From Escherichia coli (GTDB lineage Bacteria > Pseudomonadota > Gammaproteobacteria > Enterobacterales > Enterobacteriaceae): a stretch of DNA of 64,000 nucleotides. This document shows positions 10,757 to 23,444 of the stretch, in pieces. A model generated the notes under the pieces. It worked only from the letters and a program-made list of their open reading frames with translations. It ran no database searches and was not told where the DNA came from. Position 1 is the stretch's first letter. Each line of letters begins with the position of its first letter. The stretch lies in the NCBI RefSeq assembly GCF_050320075.1, contig NZ_CP190018.1. One strand, given 5' to 3'. Position numbers and translations under genes: made by a program.

Positions 10757-13432
10757 TTACTTCAACATATTACGAATGACATAATGCAAAATGCCGTCGT
10801 TCTGGTAGTAGGTCAACTCCGTCGCGGTGTCGATACGACAACGGCAGGGTACGACTTCCTGGCTACCATCCGCGCGCGTAAACGTCACCGGAACCGTCGC
10901 GCCGGGTTGTAGACTTTGCAGATCGACAATATCAATCTTCTCTTCCCCGATTAGCCCTAACGTTTTACGCGTCACGCCTTGCGGAAATTCTAGCGGCAGG
11001 ATGCCCATGCCAATTAAATTCGAACGGTGAATTCGTTCAAACGATTCGGCAATCACCACACGAATTCCAAGCAGACGAGGACCTTTTGCCGCCCAGTCAC
11101 GGCTGGAGCCTGATCCATACTCTTTCCCGGCAATCACCGCCAGCGGCGTTTGCTCCTGCTTATAGCGCATCGCGGCATCATAAATAGAGATGACCTCGCT
11201 GTCAGGTAAATGCCGCGTCATCCCCCCTTCAACGCCAGGCACCATTTCATTACGGATGCGAATATTGGCGAAGGTGCCGCGCATCATCACTTCATGGTTA
11301 CCACGCCGCGAACCGTAGGAGTTAAAGTCTTTTCGCTCAACACCCCGGCCTTGTAGATATCGACCCGCTGGGCTGTCGGGCTTAATACTGCCCGCCGGAG
11401 AGATATGGTCAGTGGTGACTGAATCCCCAAGCATTGCGAGGATCCGCGCACCGTGAATATCTTCCACAGGTGCTGGTGTTGCCTGCATTTCATCAAAGAA
11501 AGGCGATAAGCGAATATAGGTTGAATCCTCCTGCCAACCGTAGGTATCGGATCGTGCGACGTTAATTTCCTTCCACTCTGCTATGCCTTCAAAAACTTCT
11601 GCGTACTCTTTACGGAACATTTCTGTGGAGACTTGTTCTACCGCACGGGCAATTTCTTGTGCCGATGGCCAGATATCTTTCAGATATACCGGATCGCCTT
11701 TGCGATCGTGACCAATAGGCTCAGATGCGAGGTTGATATTCATATTTCCCGCCAGCGCATAGGCAACCACCAGCGGCGGCGAGGCCAGCCAGTTGGTTTT
11801 AACCAGCGGATGGATACGGCCTTCAAAGTTACGGTTGCCGGACAGCACTGCACCGACGGTTAAATCGCCTTTTTTGATTGCCGTTTCGATAGGATCGGGC
11901 AGCGGCCCAGAGTTACCAATACAGGTGGTACAACCATATCCCACAAGGTTAAACCCCAGTTCGTCGAGATACGGTGTCAATTTCGCTTTTGCCAGATAGT
12001 CAGAAACAACTTTCGAGCCTGGTGCCAGCGACGCTTTGACCCACGGTTGCCGCTTGAGGCCCAGAGTTACGGCTTTTTTCGCCAGCAAGCCTGCGGCCAT
12101 CAGCACACTTGGGTTAGAGGTATTGGTGCACGACGTTATCGCTGCAATGACCACAGCGCCATCAGGTAACTGATACTGATGTCCGTTCATAACATAATCG
12201 ACCGGCTGGCGATCTTTATGCGTGGCATTTACTTCCAGTTCGTTACTGGCGGCAAATGCTTTTGGTACATCGGGCAGTGCAACGCGATCCTGTGGGCGTT
12301 TTGGCCCTGCCAGGCTCGCTTCAACGTCATTCATATCCAGTTCTAACGTACTGGTAAAAATCGGTTCATCGCCCGGGTTACGCCACATGCCCTGCGCTTT
12401 GGCGTATTTTTCGACCAACTCGACCTGATCTTCACTGCGCCCGCTTAAACGCATGTAATCGAGGGTGACAGCATCGATTGGGAAGAAGCCACAGGTGGCA
12501 CCATATTCTGGCGACATATTGGCAATGGTGGCGCGATCCGCCAACGGTAGTGAATCCAGACCATCACCATAAAATTCGACGAATTTCCCCACCACGCCAT
12601 GTTTGCGCAGCATTTGGGTAACGGTGAGAACCAGGTCTGTGGCGGTAATACCTTCACGTAATTTTCCGGTGAGTTTAAAGCCCACTACGTCCGGGATAAG
12701 CATGGAAACCGGCTGACCTAACATTGCGGCTTCTGCTTCGATCCCCCCCACGCCCCACCCCAGCACGCCAAGGCCGTTGATCATGGTGGTGTGCGAGTCA
12801 GTACCAACGAGTGTATCCGGATAAGCAATCCATTCACCGTCCTGCAATTCGCTCCACACTGCTTTGCCGAGATATTCGAGGTTAACCTGATGGCAAATGC
12901 CTGTGCCTGGCGGCACGACGCTAAAACGACTGAACGCCTGCTTTCCCCATTTCAGGAACACATAACGTTCGTGGTTGCGCTCCATTTCCAGGCGCACGTT
13001 TTCTTCAAATGCCTCATCATCACCAAAACGATCGACGGTCACCGAGTGGTCAATGACCAGGTCGACCGGTGAGAGCGGGTTAACCTTTGCAGTATCGCCG
13101 CCGAGGCGTTTAACCGCTTCGCGCATTGCCGCCAGATCAACAACGGCAGGTACGCCGGTAAAGTCCTGCATCAGCACCCTTGCCGGGCGGTAGGCAATTT
13201 CACGGTCAGCATGGGCATTTTTCAGCCATCCCGCCAGCGCGTAGATATCCTCTTCGGTAACCGAGTTACCATCCTGCCAGCGCAGCAGGTTTTCGAGCAA
13301 AACTTTGAGTGACTTAGGCAAACGGGTGATATCGCCCAGTGATTTGGCAGCAAGCGGCAGGCTGTAGTAGTGGTAAGTTTTATCTTTGGCCTGCAACGTG
13401 TCCTTACTGGCTTCTCGTAGGGTTGACGACAT
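10757..13432 (-). CDS. acnA: Aconitate hydratase A, 891 aa
   Basis: 891 aa ORF, aconitase family (N-terminus [29 protein letters not shown]). Confidence 0.95.
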   Translation of the reverse strand: MSSTLREASKDTLQAKDKTYHYYSLPLAAKSLGDITRLPKSLKVLLENLLRWQDGNSVTEEDIYALAGWLKNAHADREIAYRPARVLMQDFTGVPAVVDLAAMREAVKRLGGDTAKVNPLSPVDLVIDHSVTVDRFGDDEAFEENVRLEMERNHERYVFLKWGKQAFSRFSVVPPGTGICHQVNLEYLGKAVWSELQDGEWIAYPDTLVGTDSHTTMINGLGVLGWGVGGIEAEAAMLGQPVSMLIPDVVGFKLTGKLREGITATDLVLTVTQMLRKHGVVGKFVEFYGDGLDSLPLADRATIANMSPEYGATCGFFPIDAVTLDYMRLSGRSEDQVELVEKYAKAQGMWRNPGDEPIFTSTLELDMNDVEASLAGPKRPQDRVALPDVPKAFAASNELEVNATHKDRQPVDYVMNGHQYQLPDGAVVIAAITSCTNTSNPSVLMAAGLLAKKAVTLGLKRQPWVKASLAPGSKVVSDYLAKAKLTPYLDELGFNLVGYGCTTCIGNSGPLPDPIETAIKKGDLTVGAVLSGNRNFEGRIHPLVKTNWLASPPLVVAYALAGNMNINLASEPIGHDRKGDPVYLKDIWPSAQEIARAVEQVSTEMFRKEYAEVFEGIAEWKEINVARSDTYGWQEDSTYIRLSPFFDEMQATPAPVEDIHGARILAMLGDSVTTDHISPAGSIKPDSPAGRYLQGRGVERKDFNSYGSRRGNHEVMMRGTFANIRIRNEMVPGVEGGMTRHLPDSEVISIYDAAMRYKQEQTPLAVIAGKEYGSGSSRDWAAKGPRLLGIRVVIAESFERIHRSNLIGMGILPLEFPQGVTRKTLGLIGEEKIDIVDLQSLQPGATVPVTFTRADGSQEVVPCRCRIDTATELTYYQNDGILHYVIRNMLK

Positions 13433-13804
13433 AGCTCCTCCTTAATGACAGGGTTGCGAAGCCCTGATTCTCTTCAGGGTGAATATTAAAGATAACACAA
13501 ACATCGCGTAACGATTTGATAACAACCCAAATTGATAAAAGAGGAGAAAGCTTGTGGCAAAACAAATGAAAACCCCGCCGCAGCGGGGTCAGGGATCAGT
13601 GAGTAATGATCCAGAGGAGTTCGGCCCAGAAGAGCATCGACAGAGAAAATGCGCCCATCCAGGACCAATATTTCATATTTGTGTTGATCATAGGCTACAC
13701 CTTTAACGGTTATTACTTTGTGTTGAGATAACTCAACCTGTTATTGCTGCGGTGTATTAAAAGCCCTGTAATTCATTAAAAATGGGTAATAAGAATGATG
13801 ATAA

Positions 13805-13972
13805 TTATTGTTTCGGCTGATCATCTTCAGCAAACAGTTCTATAAAGGCTTGCTGCTGCGATGTTAGTTGCCAGTCGTCTGGAATAACGACGGAACATTC
13901 CCGTTTCGTTTCTGTTTCATTGTCACTATGCTGGCATAATGGTGACGACTCCAGTTGCTCCTGACCGACCAT
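13805..13972 (-). CDS. yciX: Small protein YciX, 55 aa
   Basis: ORF 13805..13993 trimmed to MVGQEQLESSPLCQHSDNETETKRECSVVIPDDWQ..., 55 aa; lies between cysB and acnA as in the K-12 map. Confidence 0.6.
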   Translation of the reverse strand: MVGQEQLESSPLCQHSDNETETKRECSVVIPDDWQLTSQQQAFIELFAEDDQPKQ

Positions 13973-13974
13973 AG

Positions 13975-14103
13975 TTATCCCCACACTTTCCAAATCAGCA
14001 GTGCGACAACCACCCAGAAAAGTGCAGAACCAAGAAAAACCGCCAGCCAGGCTTTACGTTTTAATTCAGGATCGCGGCGGGGTTCCTGATTTCCAGAAGG
14101 CAT
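13975..14103 (-). CDS. ymiA: Small membrane protein YmiA, 42 aa
   Basis: Hand translation of the minus strand gives MPSGNQEPRRDPELKRKAWLAVFLGSALFWVVVALLIWKVWG with one predicted TM helix; its stop lies 2 nt before the yciX start. Confidence 0.6.
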   Translation of the reverse strand: MPSGNQEPRRDPELKRKAWLAVFLGSALFWVVVALLIWKVWG

Positions 14104-14433
14104 TGCTAACCTCATATAATCGCCATCACTTATCAGAAAGACGTTGAACGATTGGTGTAATTAATCATACGATGAGACAAATCCTAAAGAAACTTTAGTC
14201 AAAAATCCAGCGAATTTACGAATCGTCTCCAGTGAATAATTCAATCTTTTGACCTGAAATAGATATTTGAAAACTGGAGTTTGCGAGGCGGGTAATTAGA
14301 CACTACTTTACAGGTAATTTACCCTATAAATATGAGGGATAAAAATATTGTGCACGGTATACAAATAAGCAACAAAAGAGAATATATTCCGGCACCTTCG
14401 CTACATAAAAGGTGCCGAAAATAACGCAAGAAA

Positions 14434-15432
<999 letters not shown>

Positions 15433-15617
15433 TCAGAACATCGTTTTTTCGTCACACCTGGCGGGTGACTAATACGATTTAATAATAAAAAAGGTGCTAA
15501 CTATAACCACTATATCATTTATAGCCTTAGTGTATAGGTGTGAAGAAAAAATAATATGCAATAAAAAAGGGCCGCTTTCGCGACCCTTTGTTTATAAAAA
15601 CCTGACAGAATTAAAGG

Positions 15618-18215
15618 TTATTTTTTTCCTTCAACCCATTTGCCATCAACATAAAATGCTGACCAGCCAGTCGCCTTTCCGTCTTTTTCCGAAGAGACAT
15701 ATTGCTGTTTGGTTTTACGGCTAAAGCGAACCATGGTCTTATTACCTTCCGGATCCTGCTGTGGCGCATCGGCCAGATAACGCAGTTTTTCCGGCAGACG
15801 GTCGCGGAAGCGATAAAGCTCTTCCACCAGTGGCGCACGTGTTTCACGCGATTTCGGGAAGGTATTGGCCGCCAGGAACACACCGGCAGCACCGTCACGC
15901 AGCACGAAATAAGCATCTGATTTTTCGCACGGCAGCTCCGGTAATGGCACCGGATCTTCTTTCGGTGGTGCCACTTCGCCGTTACGTAAAATCTTACGCG
16001 TGTTTTTACACTCTTCGTTAGTGCAGGCCATGTATTTACCGAAACGCCCCATTTTCAGGTGCATTTCAGAGCCACATTTTTCACACTCAACGATCGGGCC
16101 GTCATAACCTTTAATGCGGAATTCGCCCTCTTCGATCTCGTAACCGTCGCAGGTTGGGTTATTACCACAGACATGCAACTTACGTTTCGGATCGATGAGA
16201 TAGCTGTCCATCGCCGTGCCGCATTTCGGGCAACGACGTTTTGCGCGCAGCGCGTTGGTTTCAGCGTCTTCGCCTTCCAGCACGTTCAGCACTTCGTTTT
16301 CCGGCACCAGGTTAATGGTGGTTTTGCAACGCTCTTTCGGCGGCAGCGCATAGCCAGAACAGCCAAGGAATACCCCGGTGCTCGCTGTGCGAATCCCCAT
16401 TTTGCGACCACAAGTCGGGCAGTCAATGCTGGTCAGAACCATCTGGTTCGGGCGCATCCCCCCCTCTTCCGGATCTTTTTCAGCTTTATCTAACTGCTGG
16501 GTGAAATCCGAGAAGAAGTGATCCAGTACAGCTTTCCACTCTGCTTCGTGATTTGCCACCTGGTCGAGGCTGTTTTCCATCTGTGCGGTGAAGTCGTAGT
16601 TCATTAACTCATGGAAATTTTCTTCAAGGCGATCGGTGACAATTTCACCCATTTTTTCCGCGTAGAAACGACGATTTTCTACTCGCACATAGCCACGATC
16701 CTGAATGGTCGAAATGATCGACGCATAGGTAGACGGACGACCGATGCCGCGTTTTTCCAGCTCTTTAACCAACGATGCTTCACTGAAACGCGCTGGCGGC
16801 TTGGTAAAGTGCTGGGCTGGTGTCAGTTCAACGAGTGTCAAAGCATCGCCTTTATCGACTGCCGGTAAGATACGATCTTCATCGCCTTTACGCAGCGCAG
16901 GCATCACTTTCGTCCAGCCATCAAAGCGCAAAATACGACCGCGTGCTTTCAGGCGGAAATCGCCCGCACCAACGGTCAGCGTCGTGGAGTCATATTTCGC
17001 TGGGGTCATCTGGCAGGCAACGAACTGACGCCAGATTAACTGGTACAGTTTCTGCGCATCTGCTTCCATATCCTTCAGCGATTCCGCCATCACATTGACG
17101 TCAGAAGGACGAATCGCTTCGTGCGCTTCCTGTGAGTTTTCTTTGCTGGCGTACTGATTCGGACTTTCCGGCAGATATTTCTTACCAAAATTATCGCTGA
17201 TATAACCGCGAACCATATTTACCGCGTCCTGACTCAGGTTGGTGGAGTCGGTACGCATGTATGTGATATAGCCAGCTTCATACAAACGCTGCGCCATCAT
17301 CATGGTTTTTTTCACGCCAAAACCAAGACGGGTGCTGGCAGCTTGTTGCAGCGTAGAGGTAATAAAAGGAGCGCCAGGTTTACTGGTTGTCGGTTTGTCT
17401 TCACGTTCCAGCACGCTGTAGCGCGCTTTTTCCAGCAGACTTACCGCAGCCTGAGTTTGTTCTTTGTTGACCGGACGGAACGGTTTGTCGTTCTGATGAG
17501 TCACCTGCAACGCCAACGCTTCACCAGATGGCGTGGTCGTGCTGGCATCGACTTCCCAGAACTCTTCCGGTACGAACGCTTTAATTTCACGCTCACGCTC
17601 GACCACCAGGCGGACCGCCACCGACTGCACACGACCGGCAGACAGACCACGAGCGATCTTTTTCCACAGCAGCGGCGAAACCATATACCCCACCACGCGG
17701 TCCATAAAGCGACGCGCCTGCTGGGCATTAACACGATCAATATTCAGCTCACCTGGTTTGTTAAATGCCTGGCGGATCGCGTTTTTAGTAATTTCGTTAA
17801 ACACCACTCGGCTATAGCGCGCATCATCACCACCAATCACTTCCCGCAGGTGCCATGCAATGGCTTCCCCTTCGCGGTCAAGGTCGGTTGCGAGATAGAT
17901 GTGGTCGGCTTTTTCAGCCAGTTGTTTCAGTTCAGAGACGACCTTCTCTTTACCAGGCAACACTTCATAGTGCGCCTCCCAATTGTGCCACGGGTCAACC
18001 CCCATACGGTTGACGAGAGCGCCACGTTCATCCTTTTTAGGCTTTTTAGCCGTCTTGGTGGAGGTAGAGTCGGCACTCTTTTTGGCAGCTGAGCCACTGG
18101 TCGGCAAATCGCGGATGTGACCGACGCTGGATTTCACCACGTAGTCACTACCCAGATACTTGTTGATCGTTTTGGCTTTTGCCGGGGACTCAACGATGAC
18201 AAGAGCTTTACCCAT
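15618..18215 (-). CDS. topA: DNA topoisomerase I, 865 aa
   Basis: ORF 15618..18257 trimmed to [22 protein letters not shown]; Toprim and topo IA core, C-terminal zinc ribbons ([16 protein letters not shown]). Confidence 0.95.
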   Translation of the reverse strand: MGKALVIVESPAKAKTINKYLGSDYVVKSSVGHIRDLPTSGSAAKKSADSTSTKTAKKPKKDERGALVNRMGVDPWHNWEAHYEVLPGKEKVVSELKQLAEKADHIYLATDLDREGEAIAWHLREVIGGDDARYSRVVFNEITKNAIRQAFNKPGELNIDRVNAQQARRFMDRVVGYMVSPLLWKKIARGLSAGRVQSVAVRLVVEREREIKAFVPEEFWEVDASTTTPSGEALALQVTHQNDKPFRPVNKEQTQAAVSLLEKARYSVLEREDKPTTSKPGAPFITSTLQQAASTRLGFGVKKTMMMAQRLYEAGYITYMRTDSTNLSQDAVNMVRGYISDNFGKKYLPESPNQYASKENSQEAHEAIRPSDVNVMAESLKDMEADAQKLYQLIWRQFVACQMTPAKYDSTTLTVGAGDFRLKARGRILRFDGWTKVMPALRKGDEDRILPAVDKGDALTLVELTPAQHFTKPPARFSEASLVKELEKRGIGRPSTYASIISTIQDRGYVRVENRRFYAEKMGEIVTDRLEENFHELMNYDFTAQMENSLDQVANHEAEWKAVLDHFFSDFTQQLDKAEKDPEEGGMRPNQMVLTSIDCPTCGRKMGIRTASTGVFLGCSGYALPPKERCKTTINLVPENEVLNVLEGEDAETNALRAKRRCPKCGTAMDSYLIDPKRKLHVCGNNPTCDGYEIEEGEFRIKGYDGPIVECEKCGSEMHLKMGRFGKYMACTNEECKNTRKILRNGEVAPPKEDPVPLPELPCEKSDAYFVLRDGAAGVFLAANTFPKSRETRAPLVEELYRFRDRLPEKLRYLADAPQQDPEGNKTMVRFSRKTKQQYVSSEKDGKATGWSAFYVDGKWVEGKK

Positions 18216-18594
18216 ATTCACCTTACCTAATTTGATTCTTCCAGGAATGCGTCGCACGTTGATAAACCTTCCACTGGCAACGAGTTACCGATATGGACTC
18301 GCTCTCTGCGGATATCAACCCCTTGTCGTGACTCTGTTCACGAAAATTCAGGTGACTGAGTTAACAGGTCTTGGCCTACAGGCGCTATAGCACGACGGAA
18401 TTTTGGTCGAATGTCAAGCAAATCTATTGCCAGATTGACGAAAGCGTCACACTGTACCTGATAAAATCCGATACGCAACTTTATTAGCATGCAAAATCCA
18501 AAGTTGCCAGTAAGGCGCTCTTGCCACCAGCGTGGTATATTTGTCTGCAAGCCATGCCTGGCGTAGACTAATGTCCTTGTTTAAGGAGTAAATA

Positions 18595-18846
18595 ATGAAC
18601 AAAGAGACACAACCCATCGACCGCGAGACGCTGTTGAAAGAGGCCAACAAAATCATTCGTGAGCATGAGGATACGCTCGCAGGGATTGAAGCCACCGGCG
18701 TCACGCAGCGTAATGGCGTGCTGGTATTTACCGGCGACTACTTTTTAGATGAACAAGGATTGCCAACAGCCAAAAGCACCGCGGTGTTTAATATGTTCAA
18801 ACACCTGGCCCATGTGCTTTCAGAAAAATATCACCTGGTTGATTAA
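18595..18846 (+). CDS. yciN: Uncharacterised protein YciN, 83 aa
   Basis: 83 aa ORF between topA and sohB as in the K-12 gene order. Confidence 0.75.
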
Positions 18847-18881
18847 AGCAAAACGCGAGGTCTTAGCCTCGCGTTTGTCTT

Positions 18882-19931
18882 TTACATCAATGGCTTTTGA
18901 CCCCGCTGCCACCAGCGTAGCAACAATCGATCGGCGCTCTCTGCCGCGCTGCCGGTGAATCGGTCAATGAGTCGTTTACGCTGCATATAGCGTACATTGA
19001 CCACTTCACGGCCTTCCATCAGGCTAAGAATAACTTCATCACTGGTGTTGATTTCATCAACCAGGCCTTTCTCTACCGCCTGTTGTCCGTACCAGTGTTC
19101 ACCCGTTGCCACCTGTTCAATATCCAGAGACGGACGCATACGCTTCACAAAATCTTTAAATAACTGATGCGTTTCGTTCAGCTCTTCGCGGAATTTCTCC
19201 CGCCCTTCTTCGGTATTTTCACCCAGCAACGTCAGCGTGCGCTTATACTGCCCGGCGGTGTGCAGTTCGATATCAATATCTTTGCTTTTCAGGAAGCGGT
19301 TAAAGTTGGGCATTTGCGCCACCACGCCAATAGAACCCACAATAGCAAACGGTGCGGAAACAATTTTGTCTGCCACACAGGCCATCATGTAACCGCCACT
19401 GGCAGCAACTTTGTCTACCGTAACAGTTAAAGGAATGTTTTTATCACGCAGACGCTGCAGCTGCGAAGCCGCCAGCCCGTAACCATGCACCATGCCACCA
19501 GGGCTTTCCAGACGTAGCACAACCTGATCCTGCGGTTTGAATGCTGCGAGTACCGCCGTTATCTCTTCACGTAGCGAGTTCACTTCATGGGCGTCCATGC
19601 TGCCTTTAAAATCCAGCACCCAGACGCGAGGTTTACTGTCAGTTGCCACCTCGCCCAGTTTGGCTTTCGCTTTTGCTGCTTTCGCTTCTTGTTTGTGCTT
19701 TTTCTTCTGCGTTTTGTGCCACTGTTTTTGCTGATGAGTGTCCATCAGCGCCGCAGCCAGTTCTTCTTTCATCTCCTTATACTGTTCGCTGATATTGTTG
19801 ACCCGTAACTCGCCACGCTGGCGTTTATTACGTTGAGCAACATTGACAATAATGGCGGCAATCGCCGCAATCGCTAGCACAACGGTAACGATTTTCGCCA
19901 AAAACAAACCATATTCAGACAACAATTCCAC
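18882..19931 (-). CDS. sohB: S49-family periplasmic serine peptidase SohB, 349 aa
   Basis: 349 aa; N-terminal TM helix and signal-peptide-peptidase-like domain. Confidence 0.9.
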   Translation of the reverse strand: MELLSEYGLFLAKIVTVVLAIAAIAAIIVNVAQRNKRQRGELRVNNISEQYKEMKEELAAALMDTHQQKQWHKTQKKKHKQEAKAAKAKAKLGEVATDSKPRVWVLDFKGSMDAHEVNSLREEITAVLAAFKPQDQVVLRLESPGGMVHGYGLAASQLQRLRDKNIPLTVTVDKVAASGGYMMACVADKIVSAPFAIVGSIGVVAQMPNFNRFLKSKDIDIELHTAGQYKRTLTLLGENTEEGREKFREELNETHQLFKDFVKRMRPSLDIEQVATGEHWYGQQAVEKGLVDEINTSDEVILSLMEGREVVNVRYMQRKRLIDRFTGSAAESADRLLLRWWQRGQKPLM

Positions 19932-20150
19932 GAGTCCCCACCTTGGTTAAACAACGCTTTGGCTCACAGTTTACAACAGGCATGTTAAGCCGTCTCGCAG
20001 AGATGTTATTGCAGCGAAAGTATGACAAAGTATCCATTTTGCGGTGTTATCGCCCCAGGCTGATTGAAATGCCCTTCTGTTTCAGGCATAAAGCCCCAAA
20101 GTCATAAAGTACACTGGCAGCGCGACAGACAACGTCGTTGAGGAGTAGCC

Positions 20151-20909
20151 ATGCATTACCAGCCAAAACAAGATTTACTCAATGATCGCATTATCCTAGT
20201 GACGGGAGCCAGCGATGGTATTGGCCGTGAAGCCGCGATGACGTATGCACGCTATGGTGCGACAGTGATTCTGTTGGGCCGTAATGAAGAAAAATTACGT
20301 CAGGTAGCCAGCCACATAAACGAAGAAACTGGACGTCAGCCACAGTGGTTTATTCTCGATTTGCTGACCTGCACGTCCGAAGATTGCCAACAACTGGCAC
20401 AGCGCATTGCCGTTAATTATCCGCGTCTGGATGGTGTTTTGCATAATGCCGGATTGCTCGGCGATGTTTGCCCAATGAGCGAACAAAATCCGCAGGTCTG
20501 GCAGGACGTCATGCAGGTCAACGTTAATGCCACCTTTATGCTCACCCAGGCACTGCTTCCTTTATTACTCAAATCGGACGCCGGTTCACTGGTCTTTACT
20601 TCATCAAGCGTTGGACGTCAGGGACGAGCCAACTGGGGCGCATATGCAGCGTCGAAATTTGCCACCGAAGGGATGATGCAGGTACTGGCCGATGAATATC
20701 AGCAGCGCCTGCGCGTCAACTGCATTAACCCAGGCGGTACGCGCACCGCAATGCGGGCCAGCGCCTTCCCGACCGAAGATCCACAGAAACTTAAAACACC
20801 CGCTGATATCATGCCGCTCTACCTCTGGCTGATGGGCGATGACAGCCGCCGTAAAACCGGCATGACCTTTGACGCCCAACCGGGCCGTAAACCAGGAATT
20901 TCCCAATGA
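20151..20909 (+). CDS. yciK: Short-chain dehydrogenase/reductase family oxidoreductase YciK, 252 aa
   Basis: Rossmann motif TGASDGIGREAA and SDR catalytic region; 252 aa. Confidence 0.85.
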   Translation: MHYQPKQDLLNDRIILVTGASDGIGREAAMTYARYGATVILLGRNEEKLRQVASHINEETGRQPQWFILDLLTCTSEDCQQLAQRIAVNYPRLDGVLHNAGLLGDVCPMSEQNPQVWQDVMQVNVNATFMLTQALLPLLLKSDAGSLVFTSSSVGRQGRANWGAYAASKFATEGMMQVLADEYQQRLRVNCINPGGTRTAMRASAFPTEDPQKLKTPADIMPLYLWLMGDDSRRKTGMTFDAQPGRKPGISQ

Positions 20910-21496
20910 GTGATGAACGCTACCAACAGCGTCAGCAGCGAGTGAAAGAAAAAGTCGATGCTCGTGTGGCCCAGGCCCAGGATGAACGCGGTATTATCAT
21001 CGTTTTTACCGGCAATGGAAAAGGCAAAACCACCGCGGCATTTGGTACGGCAACTCGTGCAGTAGGCCATGGCAAAAAAGTGGGTATCGTGCAGTTTATT
21101 AAAGGCACCTGGCCTAATGGCGAGCGCAATCTACTGGAGCCACATGGCGTTGAGTTTCAGGTGATGGCAACGGGCTTTACCTGGGATACACAAAATCGCG
21201 AATCTGATACCGCGGCCTGCCGTGAAGTCTGGCAACATGCCAAACGAATGCTGGCCGATCCTTCACTGGATATGGTTTTGCTCGATGAGCTGACTTATAT
21301 GGTGGCGTATGATTATTTGCCACTTGAAGAAGTGGTGAAGGCGTTAAATGAACGTCCACATCAGCAAACCGTCATTATTACGGGTCGTGGTTGTCATCGG
21401 GATATACTTGAACTGGCGGATACGGTAAGTGAATTACGCCCCGTGAAACATGCGTTTGATGCCGGTGTAAAAGCGCAGATAGGGATTGACTACTAA
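20906..21496 (+). CDS. btuR: Cob(I)yrinic acid a,c-diamide adenosyltransferase, 196 aa
   Basis: 196 aa; P-loop GNGKGKTTAAFG; start overlaps the yciK stop (ATGA). Confidence 0.9.
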   Translation: MSDERYQQRQQRVKEKVDARVAQAQDERGIIIVFTGNGKGKTTAAFGTATRAVGHGKKVGIVQFIKGTWPNGERNLLEPHGVEFQVMATGFTWDTQNRESDTAACREVWQHAKRMLADPSLDMVLLDELTYMVAYDYLPLEEVVKALNERPHQQTVIITGRGCHRDILELADTVSELRPVKHAFDAGVKAQIGIDY

Positions 21497-21502
21497 GTGA
21501 AA

Positions 21503-21536
21503 GCACCTCAAAAGAAGCCTCTTGAGGTGCTTTAAT
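21503..21536 (+). terminator. Hairpin terminator after btuR, immediately abutting the IS1 left end
   Basis: gcacctcaa aagaagcctc ttgaggtgc followed by ttt. Confidence 0.5.
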
Positions 21537-21592
21537 CGGTAATGGTGCCAACTTACTGATTTAGTGTATGATGGTGTTTTTGAGGTGCTCCC

Positions 21593-21868
21593 GTGGCTTC
21601 CATCTCCATCAGTTGTCCCTCCTGCTCAGCTACTGAAGGCGTGGTGCGTAACGGTAAAAGTACTGCCGGACATCAGCGCTATCTCTGCTCTCACTGCCGT
21701 AAAACATGGCAACTGCAGTTCACTTACACCGCTTCTCAACCCGGTACACACCAGAAAATCATTGATATGGCCATGAATGGTGTTGGATGCCGGGCAACCG
21801 CCCGCATTATGGGCGTTGGCCTCAACACGATTTTACGTCACTTAAAAAACTCAGGCCGCAGTCGGTAA
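21593..21868 (+). CDS. insA: IS1 InsA (transposition repressor / N-terminal part of the transposase), 91 aa
   Basis: [46 protein letters not shown] with a zinc-finger motif; canonical InsA. Confidence 0.9.
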   Translation: MASISISCPSCSATEGVVRNGKSTAGHQRYLCSHCRKTWQLQFTYTASQPGTHQKIIDMAMNGVGCRATARIMGVGLNTILRHLKNSGRSR

Positions 21869-22290
21869 CCTCGCGCATACAGCCGGGCAGTGATGTGATT
21901 GTCTGCGCTGAAATGGACGAACAGTGGGGCTACGTCGGTGCTAAATCACGTCAGCGCTGGCTGTTTTACGCGTATGACAGGATACGGAGGACGGTTGTGG
22001 CGCACGTCTTCGGTGAACGCACTCTGGCCACACTGGAGCGTCTTCTGAGCCTGCTGTCGGCCTTTGAGGTCGTGGTATGGATGACGGATGGCTGGCCGCT
22101 GTATGAATCCCGCCTGAAGGGAAAGCTGCACGTAATCAGCAAGCGTTACACTCAGCGCATTGAGCGACATAACCTGAATCTGAGACAACATCTGGCAAGG
22201 CTGGGACGGAAGTCACTGTCGTTCTCAAAATCGGTGGAGCTGCATGACAAAGTCATCGGGCATTATCTGAACATAAAACACTATCAGTAA
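21787..22290 (+). CDS. insB: IS1 InsB frame; expressed as the InsAB' transposase by -1 frameshifting at A6C (21844..21850)
   Basis: ORF overlapping the insA 3' end in the -1 frame; contains [21 protein letters not shown] typical of InsB. Confidence 0.85.
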   Translation: MPGNRPHYGRWPQHDFTSLKKLRPQSVTSRIQPGSDVIVCAEMDEQWGYVGAKSRQRWLFYAYDRIRRTVVAHVFGERTLATLERLLSLLSAFEVVVWMTDGWPLYESRLKGKLHVISKRYTQRIERHNLNLRQHLARLGRKSLSFSKSVELHDKVIGHYLNIKHYQ

Positions 22291-22319
22291 GTTGGAGTCA
22301 TTACCGCTTCAAATGAAGA

Positions 22320-22346
22320 AAAGGCCCCGCAGGGCCTTTATTTTAT
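22320..22346 (-). terminator. Hairpin terminator downstream of rluB (potentially bidirectional)
   Basis: aaggccccgcagggcctt flanked by an A-run upstream and a T-run downstream. Confidence 0.5.
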
Positions 22347-22358
22347 ACTTATCTTAAA

Positions 22359-23234
22359 TTAACCGTTATTATTACGTCCACCAGAACGACGACCGCCGCT
22401 CACCTGACTGTGACGCTTAACCGCTCGACGAATCTGATTCGCCTTCATACGACGACGGTCTTTTTCTACAGCGACTTTAGAGCTGGTTTCTGGCGGTAGC
22501 TCCACCAGTTCGCGCAGATAGTTAGTCTGGGCGAGGTCCAGCTCCGTCCAGCCACCGCGTGGCAGACCTTTCGGCAGTGGGATATCACCGTAACGAACAC
22601 GGATCAGGCGGCTTACCTGCACACCAACCGCTTCCCAAAGACGACGAACTTCACGGTTACGGCCTTCGGTCAGAGTAACGTTGTACCACTGGTTGATCCC
22701 TTCGCCGCCGCTGAACTTGATGGTTTTAAAGGCTGCCGGACCATCTTCCAACTGCACGCCACGACTCAAATCACGCAGTTTCGCGTCGTCAACCTGACCA
22801 AATACACGCACGGCATATTCACGTTCAACTTCACGGCTTGGATGCATTAAGCGGTTTGCCAGTTCACCGTCGGTGGTAAACAGCAGCAGACCGCAGGTAT
22901 TAACGTCCAGACGACCCACGGCAATCCAGCGCGCACCGCGCAGCTTTGGCAGACGGTCAAACACCGTTGGACGCCCTTCCGGATCGTTACGGGTACACAA
23001 CTCACCTTCCGGTTTGTAATAGGCCAGAACGCGACAAATTTGTTCAGCGGACTCACGTACCGAAATAAGGTGACCATCGATACGGATTTTCAATCCAGGG
23101 GTAACTTCAACGCGATCGCCGAGTTTAGCAATTTTGCCATCAACACTCACACGACCGGCTTCAATAATAGATTCGATTTCACGGCGAGAACCGTGGCCGG
23201 CACGCGCCAGCACTTTCTGTAGCTTTTCGCTCAT
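22359..23234 (-). CDS. rluB: 23S rRNA pseudouridine(2605) synthase, 291 aa
   Basis: ORF 22359..23315 trimmed to [21 protein letters not shown] (S4 domain) followed by the RsuA/RluB catalytic domain; Arg/Gly-rich C-terminal tail. Confidence 0.9.
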
Positions 23235-23444
23235 AGAGCTTCCTTTTGGTGTCGCCTTCCCAGGCGTCTGATATGCTTTTGTGCAACAGTGAGTCAGAAC
23301 TGACATCTGACTCACTGATAGTAAAGTCTGTTTGAACTCTTCAGGCCTTAAGTAAACGACTCGACGTTTATCGGCCTGGCTTTGAGGCGCAACATACTAC
23401 ACTATCTTTATGGTTAAAGCTTGTTTCGATTAACGTCGATTTGG

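Larger units (their letters stand above)
21538..22305 (+). mobile_element. IS1 insertion sequence (768 bp), a sequence variant of the iso-IS1 type
   Basis: Terminal inverted repeats ggtaatggtgccaacttactgat (left) and cactatcagtaagttggagtcattacc (right); encodes InsA and InsB with the A6C frameshift motif. Confidence 0.9.

Noticed and set aside
13486-13668. 60-aa TTG-initiated minus-strand ORF in the acnA upstream region
   Set aside because: It uses a TTG start with no Shine-Dalgarno, runs through the terminator-like hairpin, and overlaps the alternative-frame mini-ORF reported in the findings; judged less plausible than that candidate and probably non-coding.
17343-18092. 249-aa plus-strand ORF antisense to topA (with several shorter ones nearby)
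   Set aside because: Embedded in topA, no RBS context, Arg/Phe-rich translation typical of antisense frames; treated as spurious.
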